NCBI GenBank assembly: GCA_965202805.1
Contig: OZ241869.1
Coordinates: 1,088,001 to 1,152,000, forward strand
Origin: Longimicrobiales bacterium
GTDB taxonomy: Bacteria > Gemmatimonadota > Gemmatimonadetes > Longimicrobiales > Gaopeijiaceae
Length of the DNA: 64,000 nt
Reading direction: 5' to 3'
The notes beneath the pieces were generated by a model. That model saw only the letters and a list, made by a program, of their open reading frames with translations, had not been told where the DNA came from and did not search any database. The translations under genes and the position numbers were made by a program. Each line of letters begins with the position of its first letter. Position 1 is the first letter of the stretch. This document shows, piece by piece, positions 1 through 8,935 of the stretch.

Positions 1-377
1 TCGAAGGTCTGCACGGCGCTCAGGCCGGCGGGATCGGTGGCCGTCACCGCAACGCTGGCGGAGCCCGCTGCCACCCCGGCGACGGTCAGGGTGGCGCCCG
101 ACACCGAGACCGCGGCGACCGCGGCGACCGACGACGCGGCCGTGTAGCTCAGCGCGTCGCCGTCGGCATCGGTGAAGTAGGACGAGAGATCGAGCGCGGC
201 CGTATCGCCCACGTTCACGGTCTGGCCCGGAATCGAACCTGCCGGCTCGGGCGCCCGGTTCGCCGGCGCCGGTGCCGTCGGCGCTTCACCATCACCGCAT
301 CCGGCGACGCACACGGCCATGAGCACAACCCCCGGCCAATGCCTCGCGCAGACCCGGAATCGATCATCTGCGGCCAT
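1..377 (-). CDS. Lipoprotein with Ig-like/cadherin-like repeat domain (runs off the left edge of the window; absent from ORF track)
   Basis: Manual translation from ATG 377: MAADDRFRVCARHWPGVVLMAVCVAGC (lipobox VAGC), then NRAPEPAGSIPGQTVNVGDTAALDLSSYFTDADGDALSYTA...VTATDPAGLSAVQTF, a typical Ig/cadherin-like repeat. ATG 320 is an alternative start. Confidence 0.75.
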   Translation of the reverse strand, partial: MAADDRFRVCARHWPGVVLMAVCVAGCGDGEAPTAPAPANRAPEPAGSIPGQTVNVGDTAALDLSSYFTDADGDALSYTAASSVAAVAAVSVSGATLTVAGVAAGSASVAVTATDPAGLSAVQTF

Positions 378-588
378 CCGGCCCCCAGGTTTGCCCGTCG
401 CTTCGGCTATGATGATACCAGATCTCGCATCCCGCGCTACCCGGGGATCGGGCGCAGCCCACGGTCTCGCGCATGGCTGGCGCTTTCCCCTCCCGTGTCC
501 CATCCTGACGGCGCGGAGCCCTCGGTTGTACCCCAGGAGCGCCCGAGGCTTTTCCTCGCGCCCCGAACTCACGAAGGAACCCCATCCC

Positions 589-2178
589 ATGACCACCAGC
601 AGACGCATTCTTCTCGCCGCGGCCGCCCTTTCCCTGGCCACGCCTTTCCTGGCCACGCCTTCCCTGGCCATGCCGCTGCCCGCCCAGACCTTCCCCTCCG
701 ACGACCCCGTCATCCAGGCGATGTGGGAGGAGGGCATGGGTTCGGGAAGCCGGGCGTTCGATCTCGCGCAGGCGCTGCTCGACTCCATCGGCCCCCGGCT
801 GATGGGCTCCCCGGCCTACTCGCGCTCCGCGGACTGGCTGATCTCCAACTACGAGCGCTGGGGCATCGAGGCGGAGCGCCAGGATTACGGCACCTGGATC
901 GGATGGGAGCGCGGCTTTACCCACATCGACATGCTGGAGCCCCGCAGGCGCACGCTGGAGGGCACGCTGCTCGCCTGGAGCCCCGGCACCGACGGGCCCG
1001 TGGAGGGCGAGGTAGTCGCGCTGCCGACCTTCGCCGACGGCGCCGAGCTGAACGCCTGGCTGCCCTCCGCCGCGGGCAAGTTCGTCGCCGTCTCCTTCGC
1101 CGAACCCACCTGCCGCGAGGACCAGTCGTGGCTCGACCACGCCACCCCCGAGTCCTTCCGGCGCATGAGCGAGGCCCGGGACGCCGCGCAGCAGGAATGG
1201 ACGGCCAGCTACCAACTGACGTTCATCCCCAACGCAGGGCCCCAGCGGCTGGAAAGCGCGGGTGCGCTCGGGCTGATCACGGGCAACTGGTCCCGGGGCT
1301 GGGGCGTGGACAAGATCTTCGCCTCCTCGACCCGGGAGATCCCGTCGCTGCACCTGGCGTGCGAGGACTATTCCCTCCTCCACAGGCTCGCATCACGAGA
1401 CCAGGGACCGCGCATCCGCCTGGACGCGGAGGCCGAATTCCTGGGCGACGTGCCCGCCTTCAACGTGGTGGCCACGATTCCGGGCACCGAACTGCCCGAC
1501 GAGTACGTGCTGCTGAGCGCGCACCTGGACTCGTGGGACGGCGCCTCGGGCGCGACCGACAACGGCACCGGCACCGTCATGATGCACGAGGCCATGCGCA
1601 TCCTCAAGGAGACCTACCCCAACCCGCGCCGCACCATCGTCGTGGGGCACTGGGGCGGCGAGGAGCAGGGCCTGATCGGCTCGACCGCCTTCGCCACCGA
1701 CAATCCCGAGGTGGTGGACGGGCTTCAGGCCTCCTTCAACCAGGACAACGGCACCTGGCGCATCGACTTCATCCGCATGCAGGGCTTCCTGGGCGCCGGG
1801 GAGCACTTCGCGCGCTGGTTCGAGCGCATCCCCCCGGAGATCACCGGCCACATCGAGCTGGATGTGCCGGGCGTGCCCGAGGTCGGCGGCTCGGACCACA
1901 TGTCGTTCATCTGCAAGCCCGCGCCGGGCTTCCGGCTCCAGTCCAACTATCCCGACTACCGCCAGTACACCTGGCACACCAACCGCGACACCTTCGACAA
2001 GATCGTCTTCGACGACCTGCGCAACAACGCGACCCTGGCCGCGATGCTGACCTACATGGCGTCGGAGGACCCGGAGCGCATGGACGTGACCCAGAGGGTG
2101 CTGCCGGTGAACCCGAACGACGGCATACGAGAGACGTGGCCCCAGTGCCGCCCCCCGAGGAGGAGCTTCGCGAGGTAG
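589..2178 (+). CDS. M28 family metallopeptidase (carboxypeptidase Q-like), secreted
   Basis: Motifs SAHLDSWD, GATDNGTG, GGEEQGLIGS, NQDNG, SDH, WHTNRDTFD. Signal peptide starts at ATG 589 downstream of AAGGA. Confidence 0.9.
   Translation: MTTSRRILLAAAALSLATPFLATPSLAMPLPAQTFPSDDPVIQAMWEEGMGSGSRAFDLAQALLDSIGPRLMGSPAYSRSADWLISNYERWGIEAERQDYGTWIGWERGFTHIDMLEPRRRTLEGTLLAWSPGTDGPVEGEVVALPTFADGAELNAWLPSAAGKFVAVSFAEPTCREDQSWLDHATPESFRRMSEARDAAQQEWTASYQLTFIPNAGPQRLESAGALGLITGNWSRGWGVDKIFASSTREIPSLHLACEDYSLLHRLASRDQGPRIRLDAEAEFLGDVPAFNVVATIPGTELPDEYVLLSAHLDSWDGASGATDNGTGTVMMHEAMRILKETYPNPRRTIVVGHWGGEEQGLIGSTAFATDNPEVVDGLQASFNQDNGTWRIDFIRMQGFLGAGEHFARWFERIPPEITGHIELDVPGVPEVGGSDHMSFICKPAPGFRLQSNYPDYRQYTWHTNRDTFDKIVFDDLRNNATLAAMLTYMASEDPERMDVTQRVLPVNPNDGIRETWPQCRPPRRSFAR
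631..675 (+). repeat. 3x 15-bp imperfect tandem repeat in the signal peptide (SLATP-FLATP-SLAMP)
   Basis: tccctggccacgcct / ttcctggccacgcct / tccctggccatgccg. Confidence 0.8.
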
Positions 2179-2287
2179 CCGGCAGTCGGCCGAGGCGGTC
2201 ACCGGGCGCGATGCGGCGATCCGTGGCGCGGACGAGGCCTCGTGATCCGGGGCACCGGATCCGGATCGGGCGTGTACAGACACAATC

Positions 2288-2947
2288 ATGAGGATCCCGC
2301 ACCGAACCGGCATCCGCGTCGCGATCCCGGCGCTGTTCCTCCTGGCTGCGTGCCCGGCGCTCGACGCCCAGGACGCGGGAGGCGTCCGCCCCGGCCCGGA
2401 CGACACGCACAACGCCCGCTCCCGGCCGGGCAACCCGGTGGGCGCCTCCGTGGTGCGGGATACGATCCGCACCCGGAATCTGCTCCTCTGGGGCGGCATC
2501 GACGCCGACCGCGTGCCGTTCCTGGACCCCGTCTTCGTGATCGACGCCCCGCCCTCGCGTCCGCGCTCGATCGGTGAGTACGTGGTGATCGGTCGGGCCG
2601 GCGACGGCACGGTGCTCTTCTCCCTGCCCTTCGAGATGCCCGTCGTGGCCGATGGCGACGGCAGCTCGAGCTTCGTCTTCATGCTCCCGGTGGAGCCCGG
2701 CTGGGCGGGCAGCCTTGCCAGCGTCACGCTTGACGGACCGGGCGGATCGGCCACGCTCGACGAAGACACCAATCGTCCGATGGCGATCGTGCGTGACAAG
2801 GTAACGGGCCGGATACAGGGCATCCTGCGCGACCTTCCGCCGACCGTCATGACCGAGGAAGTGGCGGACGCCGCCGTGTTCCGGACTCCGACCTCCGAGG
2901 TGCTCTTCAGTCGCGGGATTCCCGGTCCGGGAGCGTGGCGACGCTGA
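2288..2947 (+). CDS. Secreted hypothetical protein consisting of a single domain usually seen at the C-terminus of large surface proteins
   Basis: Signal peptide, then LLLWGGIDAD...FLDPVFVIDAPPSRP...LFSLPFEMPVVADGDGSSSFVF...VLFSRGIPGPGAWRR. Normal GC3-rich codon usage. Confidence 0.65.
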   Translation: MRIPHRTGIRVAIPALFLLAACPALDAQDAGGVRPGPDDTHNARSRPGNPVGASVVRDTIRTRNLLLWGGIDADRVPFLDPVFVIDAPPSRPRSIGEYVVIGRAGDGTVLFSLPFEMPVVADGDGSSSFVFMLPVEPGWAGSLASVTLDGPGGSATLDEDTNRPMAIVRDKVTGRIQGILRDLPPTVMTEEVADAAVFRTPTSEVLFSRGIPGPGAWRR

Positions 2948-3506
2948 CCGCCATCGGCATGCCCAGCGCCGCCGCGGCGGCGTAGAGAGCCGGCGTCCGG
3001 GCCGAGAGCACCCGCGGCCCACCGTAGCGCAAACCGTCTCGCGTGCGATCCGTGAAGAGGACGATCCCGTGCCACTCGCCCCCGAAGGCGGACCACCATC
3101 TCAGGCCGGTCTTGCCGCTGTCCCACGCGGAAGCGGCGATGGCCTGTGTTGCGCGCCGGTTTCGTGAGGCCACCTGATCCGGCGCGATGCCCCGGCGGTC
3201 GAGCGTGGCAGGGTCACACAGGTCGAGAATCTCCGAGGCCGCATCCGCATCCAGCTGCACGCTGACCAGGGCCAGCGGGTGTCCGGCCCGCCGAAGGTGC
3301 GCTTCCCGAAGGGGCCGGTTGCGCCACGGCTGAAGCGCCTCGGCGATGGCGTGCTCGGGCGACTCGGCCAAGTAGAGCACGGGCGAGCAGGCCACCGGAA
3401 GGTCGAAGCGCCCTCGCCCGGTGGTCGGCGGAATGCGGGACGGCGAGAACGGGCTGTCGTCGACGACACCCGGATTCCACGGAAAAACGCGCCAGAAGAG
3501 GGCCAC
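2907..3506 (-). CDS. RES-domain toxin (MbcT/ParT-like)
   Basis: WRVF...GRFD...VLYLAESPEHAIAE...TQAIA...GLRWWS pattern of RES domains. Lies directly downstream of an Xre-type antitoxin. Confidence 0.85.
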   Translation of the reverse strand: MALFWRVFPWNPGVVDDSPFSPSRIPPTTGRGRFDLPVACSPVLYLAESPEHAIAEALQPWRNRPLREAHLRRAGHPLALVSVQLDADAASEILDLCDPATLDRRGIAPDQVASRNRRATQAIAASAWDSGKTGLRWWSAFGGEWHGIVLFTDRTRDGLRYGGPRVLSARTPALYAAAAALGMPMAVSVATLPDRESRD

Positions 3507-3518
3507 GAGCGCGACCAG

Positions 3519-3908
3519 TCAGGCGAAAACGCCGGCTTTCATCGCCTCCACGGCCCCCACGACCTCGGCGATCTGGCTGCGCTGGATGAAGTACGACGGT
3601 GTTGCGCCGTCCAGATGCGCGTTAGGACCGGTCAGCCACTCCTCGACGATGTCCGCGTCGAGCCAGCGCATCAGCATCTCCACGGCCAGCGCGAGGCCGG
3701 CGAGCCGGTCCGCGTTCTCCCGGTCCGGACGCTGACCCTGCCTCCAGCGCGTGACCTGGGACGCGGAAACGCCAAGAATGGCTGCAATTCCGCGATCGGA
3801 ATCCACGCCCCGGCGAATCATCTCGAGATGGCTCAGAGTCCAGTCGGAACCGTCTTCGCCGGATTCGGAGTGTTGCGCGGTACCGTGGTCGGCCTCGTCC
3901 ATGTGCAC
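3519..3908 (-). CDS. Xre/MbcA/ParS-type antitoxin (HTH plus C-terminal toxin-binding domain)
   Basis: HTH IAAILGVSASQVTRWRQG and C-terminal EWLTGPNAHLDGATP...GVFA. Adjacent to the RES gene. Confidence 0.85.
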   Translation of the reverse strand: MHMDEADHGTAQHSESGEDGSDWTLSHLEMIRRGVDSDRGIAAILGVSASQVTRWRQGQRPDRENADRLAGLALAVEMLMRWLDADIVEEWLTGPNAHLDGATPSYFIQRSQIAEVVGAVEAMKAGVFA

Positions 3909-4091
3909 AAGCTACGGGGCTCGAAAATGGCGCGCAACAAAAACCGTTGCGCGGGCGGCGCGGCAACGCGTCCCGCGAAGAGGCCGTGTGAGAGCCCTGG
4001 AGGAGGAGCCATGCGCAGCCGGTGACCCTTCCAGGCGATGCGACGGCTTGCGCGCTTGTGATCTGATGTCGCTGACGCTAATAATGCTGTC

Positions 4092-4328
4092 ATGAGCGTT
4101 CAGATCACCATCCGGGGCGTTCCCGAGGAGGTACGGGACCAGATCGCGGCGCGCGCGGCCGCGAGAGGCCAGTCGATGCAGGAGTACCTGCGGGGCGAGC
4201 TGGAGCGTCTGGTGGCCAAGCCTTCCGTTGAGGAGTGGTTCAGGCAGGTCCGCGCTGACAAGCGCGCGATGATCAACAGCGTAGCCACCGAGCACATTCT
4301 TCGTGCCCGCGACGCGGATCGGAAGTGA
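4092..4328 (+). CDS. FitA-like ribbon-helix-helix antitoxin
   Basis: MSVQITIRGVPEEVRDQIAARAAARGQSMQEYLRGEL. Its stop overlaps the GTG of a PIN remnant. Confidence 0.85.
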   Translation: MSVQITIRGVPEEVRDQIAARAAARGQSMQEYLRGELERLVAKPSVEEWFRQVRADKRAMINSVATEHILRARDADRK

Positions 4329-4462
4329 CGGTCGTCGTTGATGGATCGGTGCTCACGGCGGCAGTTCCCGGCCCGACCTGCGAGATCATCACGCCGCCCG
4401 ACCTCCGCGTCGTACGCGAGCCCGTCGTAGCCACGGGCTGGACACCCTTCGCTACCGGTTAG
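4325..4462 (+). pseudogene. VapC/FitB PIN toxin with most of the domain deleted
   Basis: GTGA overlap with the antitoxin. Translates VTVVVDGSVLTAA (PIN N-terminal motif) joined to PGPTCEIITPP (PIN C-terminal-like tail); only 45 codons. Confidence 0.7.
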
Positions 4463-4529
4463 ACACATCTCGCTCGCTACCGCGTCAGCGGTGAGTCCCG
4501 CGAGTTCATGTTCGTGCGTTCCCGCCCTG

Positions 4530-5060
4530 TCACGGAGCCCCGTCCTCCGCGCCTGCCCGGGGAACGGGCGCGGAGGTGTGGCCGCTCAGGATGCGCCATC
4601 CGTCCGGTTCGTGGATCCAGACCGCAGTCATCGCCCCGCCGTACGTGAACGCGAACCCGCCTTCACCCTCGAGCGTGCTCTCGAACAGAGACCGGACCAG
4701 CGCGACACCGGGCGCCAGCGCCTCGATGCCGGTGTCCGAGTACTCCGTCGTGACCCGCATTCCCGGGCCGAGGCCCTCCAGAGCGGCGCGCACGTCGGCC
4801 GCCGACCGGTAGCGCAGTGCCCCGCTCTCGTAGAACCGAAACGCGGGGGACTCGGAGTAGAAGCCGCCGGCCGCCGTCGGGTCCGGGCCCGATCCGAGTT
4901 CGCGAAACTCATCGAGCGCGCTCGACACGCTGTCGCGGATCGCCGCCGCGTGGGCCTCCGACAGCCCGGCGGAGTCCGCGTCGGGCCGGCAGCCGGAAGT
5001 CGCGCACAGGGCGAGACACGCGACCGCCAGCGCCCGTCGGCGAAGGGAAGGTGATCTCAT
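4530..5060 (-). CDS. SnoaL/NTF2-like (DUF4440-type) lipoprotein
   Basis: Lipobox-like TSGC and C-terminal GAMTAVWIHEPDGWRILSGHTS typical of the NTF2-like fold. Start trimmed to ATG 5060. Confidence 0.75.
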   Translation of the reverse strand: MRSPSLRRRALAVACLALCATSGCRPDADSAGLSEAHAAAIRDSVSSALDEFRELGSGPDPTAAGGFYSESPAFRFYESGALRYRSAADVRAALEGLGPGMRVTTEYSDTGIEALAPGVALVRSLFESTLEGEGGFAFTYGGAMTAVWIHEPDGWRILSGHTSAPVPRAGAEDGAP

Positions 5061-5143
5061 GCTCCATGATCCCTTGAACACGGTCTCTCGGCGGCGGAGT
5101 TCTGTCGGCATCGCAGCTCCGCCCGGTGGTGTTCAGATCCCCC

Positions 5144-7765
5144 TCACCGCGTCTGCGGCGCGTTCATCTGCAGGGGGATGATGTCCACGTCCCAGCGGGT
5201 GTCGCCCAGCAGGTGCTTCACGAAGTACTCGGCGCGCAGCCAGAACCAGTAGTCGCTCATGTCGCCGAAGCCGTGGCGCTGCCCCGGGAAGATGAAGAAG
5301 TCGAAGCGCTTGTTGGCGCGGATGAGCGCTTCCGCCATGCGGAAGGTGCCGGCGTGGTGCACGTTGTTGTCGTTGTCGCCGGTGGTGAGCAGGAGGTGGC
5401 CCTTGAGGTTGGCGGCGAGGTCGGAGTTGCGCTCGATGTCGTACTCGAAGCTCACGTTGCCCTCGTCGTCCACGACCTCCTTCACGCCGTGGTGTGTCTC
5501 TGACCAGGACCGGTTGTACACGTCGTTGTTGTGGTTGCCCGCCGACGACACTGCGACCTTGAAGAAGTCCGGATAGACGAGCATGGCCGCCGTGGACATG
5601 AAGCCGCCCCCGGAATGTCCGTATATTCCTACTTTGTCTATATCTATGAAGTCGTGGCGGTCGGCCAACTGTTCGATGACCGCCTTCTTGTCGGCCAGTC
5701 CATAGTCGCGCAAGTCGCCGTACCCATAGTTGTGGTACCACTTTGACCGGTCCGGATGTCCGCCCCGGTTCCCCATGGTCACGACGATCATGCCGAACTG
5801 CGCCAGCGCCTGCTCGTACGGGTTTGCCGACCACGACTTCGACACCGACTCGGTCTGCGGTCCCGGATAGACGTACGCCACAATGGGATACGTCTTCGCC
5901 GGATCGAAATCGTAGGGCTTGTACATCACGCCGTAGATGTCGGTCACGCCGTCCGCGGCCTCCACCTGGTACGGCTCCGGGAACTGGTATCCGGCCGCTT
6001 CCAGGGCACCGAAGTCGGCCTCGCCCAGATCCATGATGCGCCGGCCCGAGGCGTCGAAGAGCGCGGACATGGGAGCCGTGTCCACGCGCGAGTAGTTGCT
6101 GACGAAGAAGCGGTTGGACTCGCCCATCTCGAACTGGTGGTTGTAGTCCCCGGCGTTCAGGAGCGTCAGCCCGGTGCCGTTCAGGCTCACCCGGTAGAGG
6201 TGCGCGTAGTAGGGATCCTCCCCCGCTTCCCGGCCCTGGCCGGTGAAGAACACGAAGCCGCGGGCCTCGTCGACGCCGACGATGCCGTCCACGTGCCACG
6301 CCCCCTCCGTGAGCCGCTGCTTCACCTCGCCGTCGGGCCCGTACAGGTAGAGGTGCGCCCAGCCGTCCCGCTCCGACCACCACAGCATGTCGCCGTTGTC
6401 AAGCATCTCGACGGGGCGCGTCTCGATGTAGGTGTTCAGGCTGTCCACGAAGAGCATGCGCGCATCGCCGGTGCCGGCGTCCGCAACCATGACCGCGGCC
6501 CGGTGCCGGTCCCGGCTCAGGCGCACGAAATGGAGTTCCTCGGAGTCGTCCGAGATCCAGAGCGAGCGGTCCGGCTCATCGGAGTCCGGGTAGTCGAACT
6601 GGCGCTGCGTCGTGATGCGCAGGTCCTCGTCCTTCCAGGGATCGTGCGCGACGGCGACCTGCTCCCGCGACTCCAGGTCGTAGACCACGAGCTCCTCCTG
6701 GGTGACCGACTCCTCCCCGGCCATCTCGTAGGAGTAGGTCTCGAGTTCCGGCCGCGCGTTCCCCTTCCCCACCACGTGGACCACCCAGAGCTCGCCCACC
6801 TCGCGGTTGTCGCGCCGGATGAGCGCGAAGCGGCGCGAGTCCTTCGCCCACGAGATCGATGCCGCCTTGCGGTCGTCCTCTTCCTCCTCGAGGGTGACGT
6901 TGGTTTCGCCGCGCCCGGTGTAGTTGGCCTCGTAGGTGTAGTACTGCTCGCCGTCCGTGGTGAGCTGGGCCTCGGTGACCTCGATGTCGTCCTCGGCGTC
7001 GTCGGCTTCATCCCCGGACTTGCCTCGGCGGGCCTCCAGAATCTGCTGGTAGTCGTCGCCGCTCATCATGAAGAGGTTGTGATCCCGGGCGAAGACCACC
7101 GTCTCGCCGTCGGGGGACACGCTCGCCCAGTCCGGATGGTTGTCGGGGGCCTCGTAGTCCTCGAGCTCGCGCAGGGTCCGGGTCGAGACCGTGTACTCGA
7201 AGTAGTGGACCCGCTTGCGGGTCGAGCTCCCGGAGTCGTCCTCCTCCTCGTCCTGATCCTCCTCCTGCACTTCCTCTTCCTCTTCCTCGTCCTCCACCTC
7301 CTCGTCCTGGGAGGACTCCACCTCGAAGTGGAGGATGTTGTCGCTGATGAAGCGGATGTTGCGGATGGGCAGATGCTGCCCGTCCCATGGATCGCGGGTG
7401 ATGCGCGTCAATTCCGCGGCGATGCGATCGTTGTCGAACAGGAGGGTGCGCGAGCCGGCGCCGGGATCGACGATGTAGTAGAAGGTGCCGTCGGCATTCT
7501 CCCACTCGTACCAGAACCGCTCGCTGCCCTCGATCCAGCGGGGATCGACGGAGGTGGAGTGCACCATGTCCCGGATGCGATAGGGCGCGAAGCGGGCGGC
7601 GAGGTCGTAGTTCGCCGGTCCGGCCTGGGCATCAGACTCCTGCGGCGCCGGGGCGGGAGCCGCTTCTGCCGGACGTGGCGCGAGCGCGATGAGCATGAGG
7701 AGGGGCAACGACGCACGCGGCACGGGCGAAATCGGACGGGAGAGAAACCTGGCGATGGCGTTCAT
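5144..7765 (-). CDS. S9B dipeptidyl-peptidase IV-like serine peptidase
   Basis: VYPGPQ, GIYGHSGGG nucleophile motif, GDNDNNVH, FPGQRHGF catalytic Asp/His, and a beta-propeller N-terminus. Start placed at ATG 7765 (signal peptide). Confidence 0.92.
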   Translation of the reverse strand: MNAIARFLSRPISPVPRASLPLLMLIALAPRPAEAAPAPAPQESDAQAGPANYDLAARFAPYRIRDMVHSTSVDPRWIEGSERFWYEWENADGTFYYIVDPGAGSRTLLFDNDRIAAELTRITRDPWDGQHLPIRNIRFISDNILHFEVESSQDEEVEDEEEEEEVQEEDQDEEEDDSGSSTRKRVHYFEYTVSTRTLRELEDYEAPDNHPDWASVSPDGETVVFARDHNLFMMSGDDYQQILEARRGKSGDEADDAEDDIEVTEAQLTTDGEQYYTYEANYTGRGETNVTLEEEEDDRKAASISWAKDSRRFALIRRDNREVGELWVVHVVGKGNARPELETYSYEMAGEESVTQEELVVYDLESREQVAVAHDPWKDEDLRITTQRQFDYPDSDEPDRSLWISDDSEELHFVRLSRDRHRAAVMVADAGTGDARMLFVDSLNTYIETRPVEMLDNGDMLWWSERDGWAHLYLYGPDGEVKQRLTEGAWHVDGIVGVDEARGFVFFTGQGREAGEDPYYAHLYRVSLNGTGLTLLNAGDYNHQFEMGESNRFFVSNYSRVDTAPMSALFDASGRRIMDLGEADFGALEAAGYQFPEPYQVEAADGVTDIYGVMYKPYDFDPAKTYPIVAYVYPGPQTESVSKSWSANPYEQALAQFGMIVVTMGNRGGHPDRSKWYHNYGYGDLRDYGLADKKAVIEQLADRHDFIDIDKVGIYGHSGGGFMSTAAMLVYPDFFKVAVSSAGNHNNDVYNRSWSETHHGVKEVVDDEGNVSFEYDIERNSDLAANLKGHLLLTTGDNDNNVHHAGTFRMAEALIRANKRFDFFIFPGQRHGFGDMSDYWFWLRAEYFVKHLLGDTRWDVDIIPLQMNAPQTR

Positions 7766-7990
7766 GGTAGGGCTCTGTTCGGATGGAGGGACGACGCGGG
7801 GGCTCCCCGGGCGGTTGTGCACAAGTGAATCCGTAGCCGAAAGCCGGGCAAGGGCGTCAGAGCTCACCTCGGTGAACCCGGGGAGGCCGGTCGGGGAACC
7901 ATCCCGCGGGTTCACGCGATAAACGATTCTCGCGCGGGTGCTTCGAGCCGCGGCGCCGGCGCCGGATTCCCTCGAACGGGGCGGAGAGGC

Positions 7991-8296
7991 ATGGAACCGG
8001 AGATCTTGATCCTGCTGGTAGCCGTCTTCGTGACCGGCGGCATGATCGGCGCGGCCGGCATCCTCCTCGCCCAGTTCTTCATGCGCCGCATCCCCGGGGT
8101 GAGCGCCACCGGCGCGCCGACCCGCGCCGAACTCGAGGGCATCCGCCGCGATGTCACGGAAATCGCCTACCACCTGGGGTCCATGGAGGAGCGCCTCGAC
8201 TTCGCGGAACAGCTGCTCGGCGGAGCGACCCCGACCGAGGTGCCGAAGGCCGTGGCGAAGAAGGTGGAGGAGGGGAAGAAGGCTCAGTCGGGATAA
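7991..8296 (+). CDS. Small membrane protein (one TM helix plus coiled coil)
   Basis: GGAGAG RBS, N-terminal hydrophobic helix, MEERLDFAEQLL coiled-coil segment. Confidence 0.7.
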   Translation: MEPEILILLVAVFVTGGMIGAAGILLAQFFMRRIPGVSATGAPTRAELEGIRRDVTEIAYHLGSMEERLDFAEQLLGGATPTEVPKAVAKKVEEGKKAQSG

Positions 8297-8390
8297 CCTG
8301 ACTCTGCCGCAGGTGTCTCTGCCCGCCGCCCGACCGGCTTCGAGCGCCGCCACCAGCCGGAGGGGCAGGTGGCCGTGCGTGTACTTCCGA

Positions 8391-8777
8391 CTACCACCGG
8401 CTGGGTTTTCGGATGTTTGTGCCCGGAATGGGATCCGGCAGTTGAGAGTTCGCCAACGCATTGGGACGGATATGTCTCAAGAAGTGGGCATGCGCTCTGA
8501 GTTGCTGCGATGATCTGCCAGTTCCGGGTGTCAGCAGACCGATTCGTATGCTGTGATGCAGCCTCACGAGGCGCATCGCCTCCGCGATGTCGCTGTCGTT
8601 GGTGACTACGACCGCGCAGTCGTAGGCTTTACGCCAAGCATCATTCAAGAGATGTACGGCGAGGTTGACGTCCGAGCCCTTCTCCTCCGTCTTGATCACC
8701 TCAGCCATGCGGGTTCCGCCCACCGGCCGTTTCAGGGGTGCCCAGACTGCGTGGCTTAGGAAGTACACCTGCCGCAA
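8391..8777 (-). pseudogene. NYN-domain (LabA/DUF88-like) RNase lacking most of its N-terminal half
   Basis: EEKGSDVNLAVHLLNDAW and VVTNDSD acidic motifs are present. The N-terminal DGFN-type motif is absent: LRQVY runs straight into FLSHAVWAPL. Confidence 0.75.
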
Positions 8778-8836
8778 AAAGCAAGGGCCCCCGAAGAGGC
8801 CCCGCGCCCTGCGGTCGAGACCGCAAGGGGTGTCAC
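8776..8836 (-). ncRNA. Candidate ~60-nt small RNA or leader upstream of the NYN gene (two hairpins plus U-tract)
   Basis: Minus strand reads GUGACACCCCUUGCGGUCUCGACCGCAGGGCGCGGGGCCUCUUCGGGGGCCCUUGCUUUUU. The second hairpin has a cUUCGg tetraloop and is followed by a U-rich tail. Confidence 0.5.
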
Positions 8837-8840
8837 TGTT

Positions 8841-8868
8841 AGTCTACGCTGCTAGCAGCGAACGTCAA
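8841..8868 (-). promoter_or_regulatory. Sigma70-type promoter with a perfect 14-bp palindrome in the spacer
   Basis: TTGACG-16 nt-TAGACT on the minus strand. The spacer contains CGCTGCTAGCAGCG (8847-8860). Confidence 0.65.
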
Positions 8869-8935
8869 GTCCGATGCCTGCCCTGGTGTCGCGGAACCGC
8901 ACCGGGCTATGCCGGTCTTCGCGCATCGCGCCCAC

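Noticed and set aside
5490..5900. Diversity-generating retroelement variable region
   Set aside because: The odd codons preserve a conserved catalytic motif, and there is no reverse transcriptase or template repeat in the window.
7766..8461. N-terminal 232 aa of the 1105-aa ORF
   Set aside because: It overlaps the 7991-8296 gene on the opposite strand and the NYN remnant; the signal peptide begins at ATG 7765.
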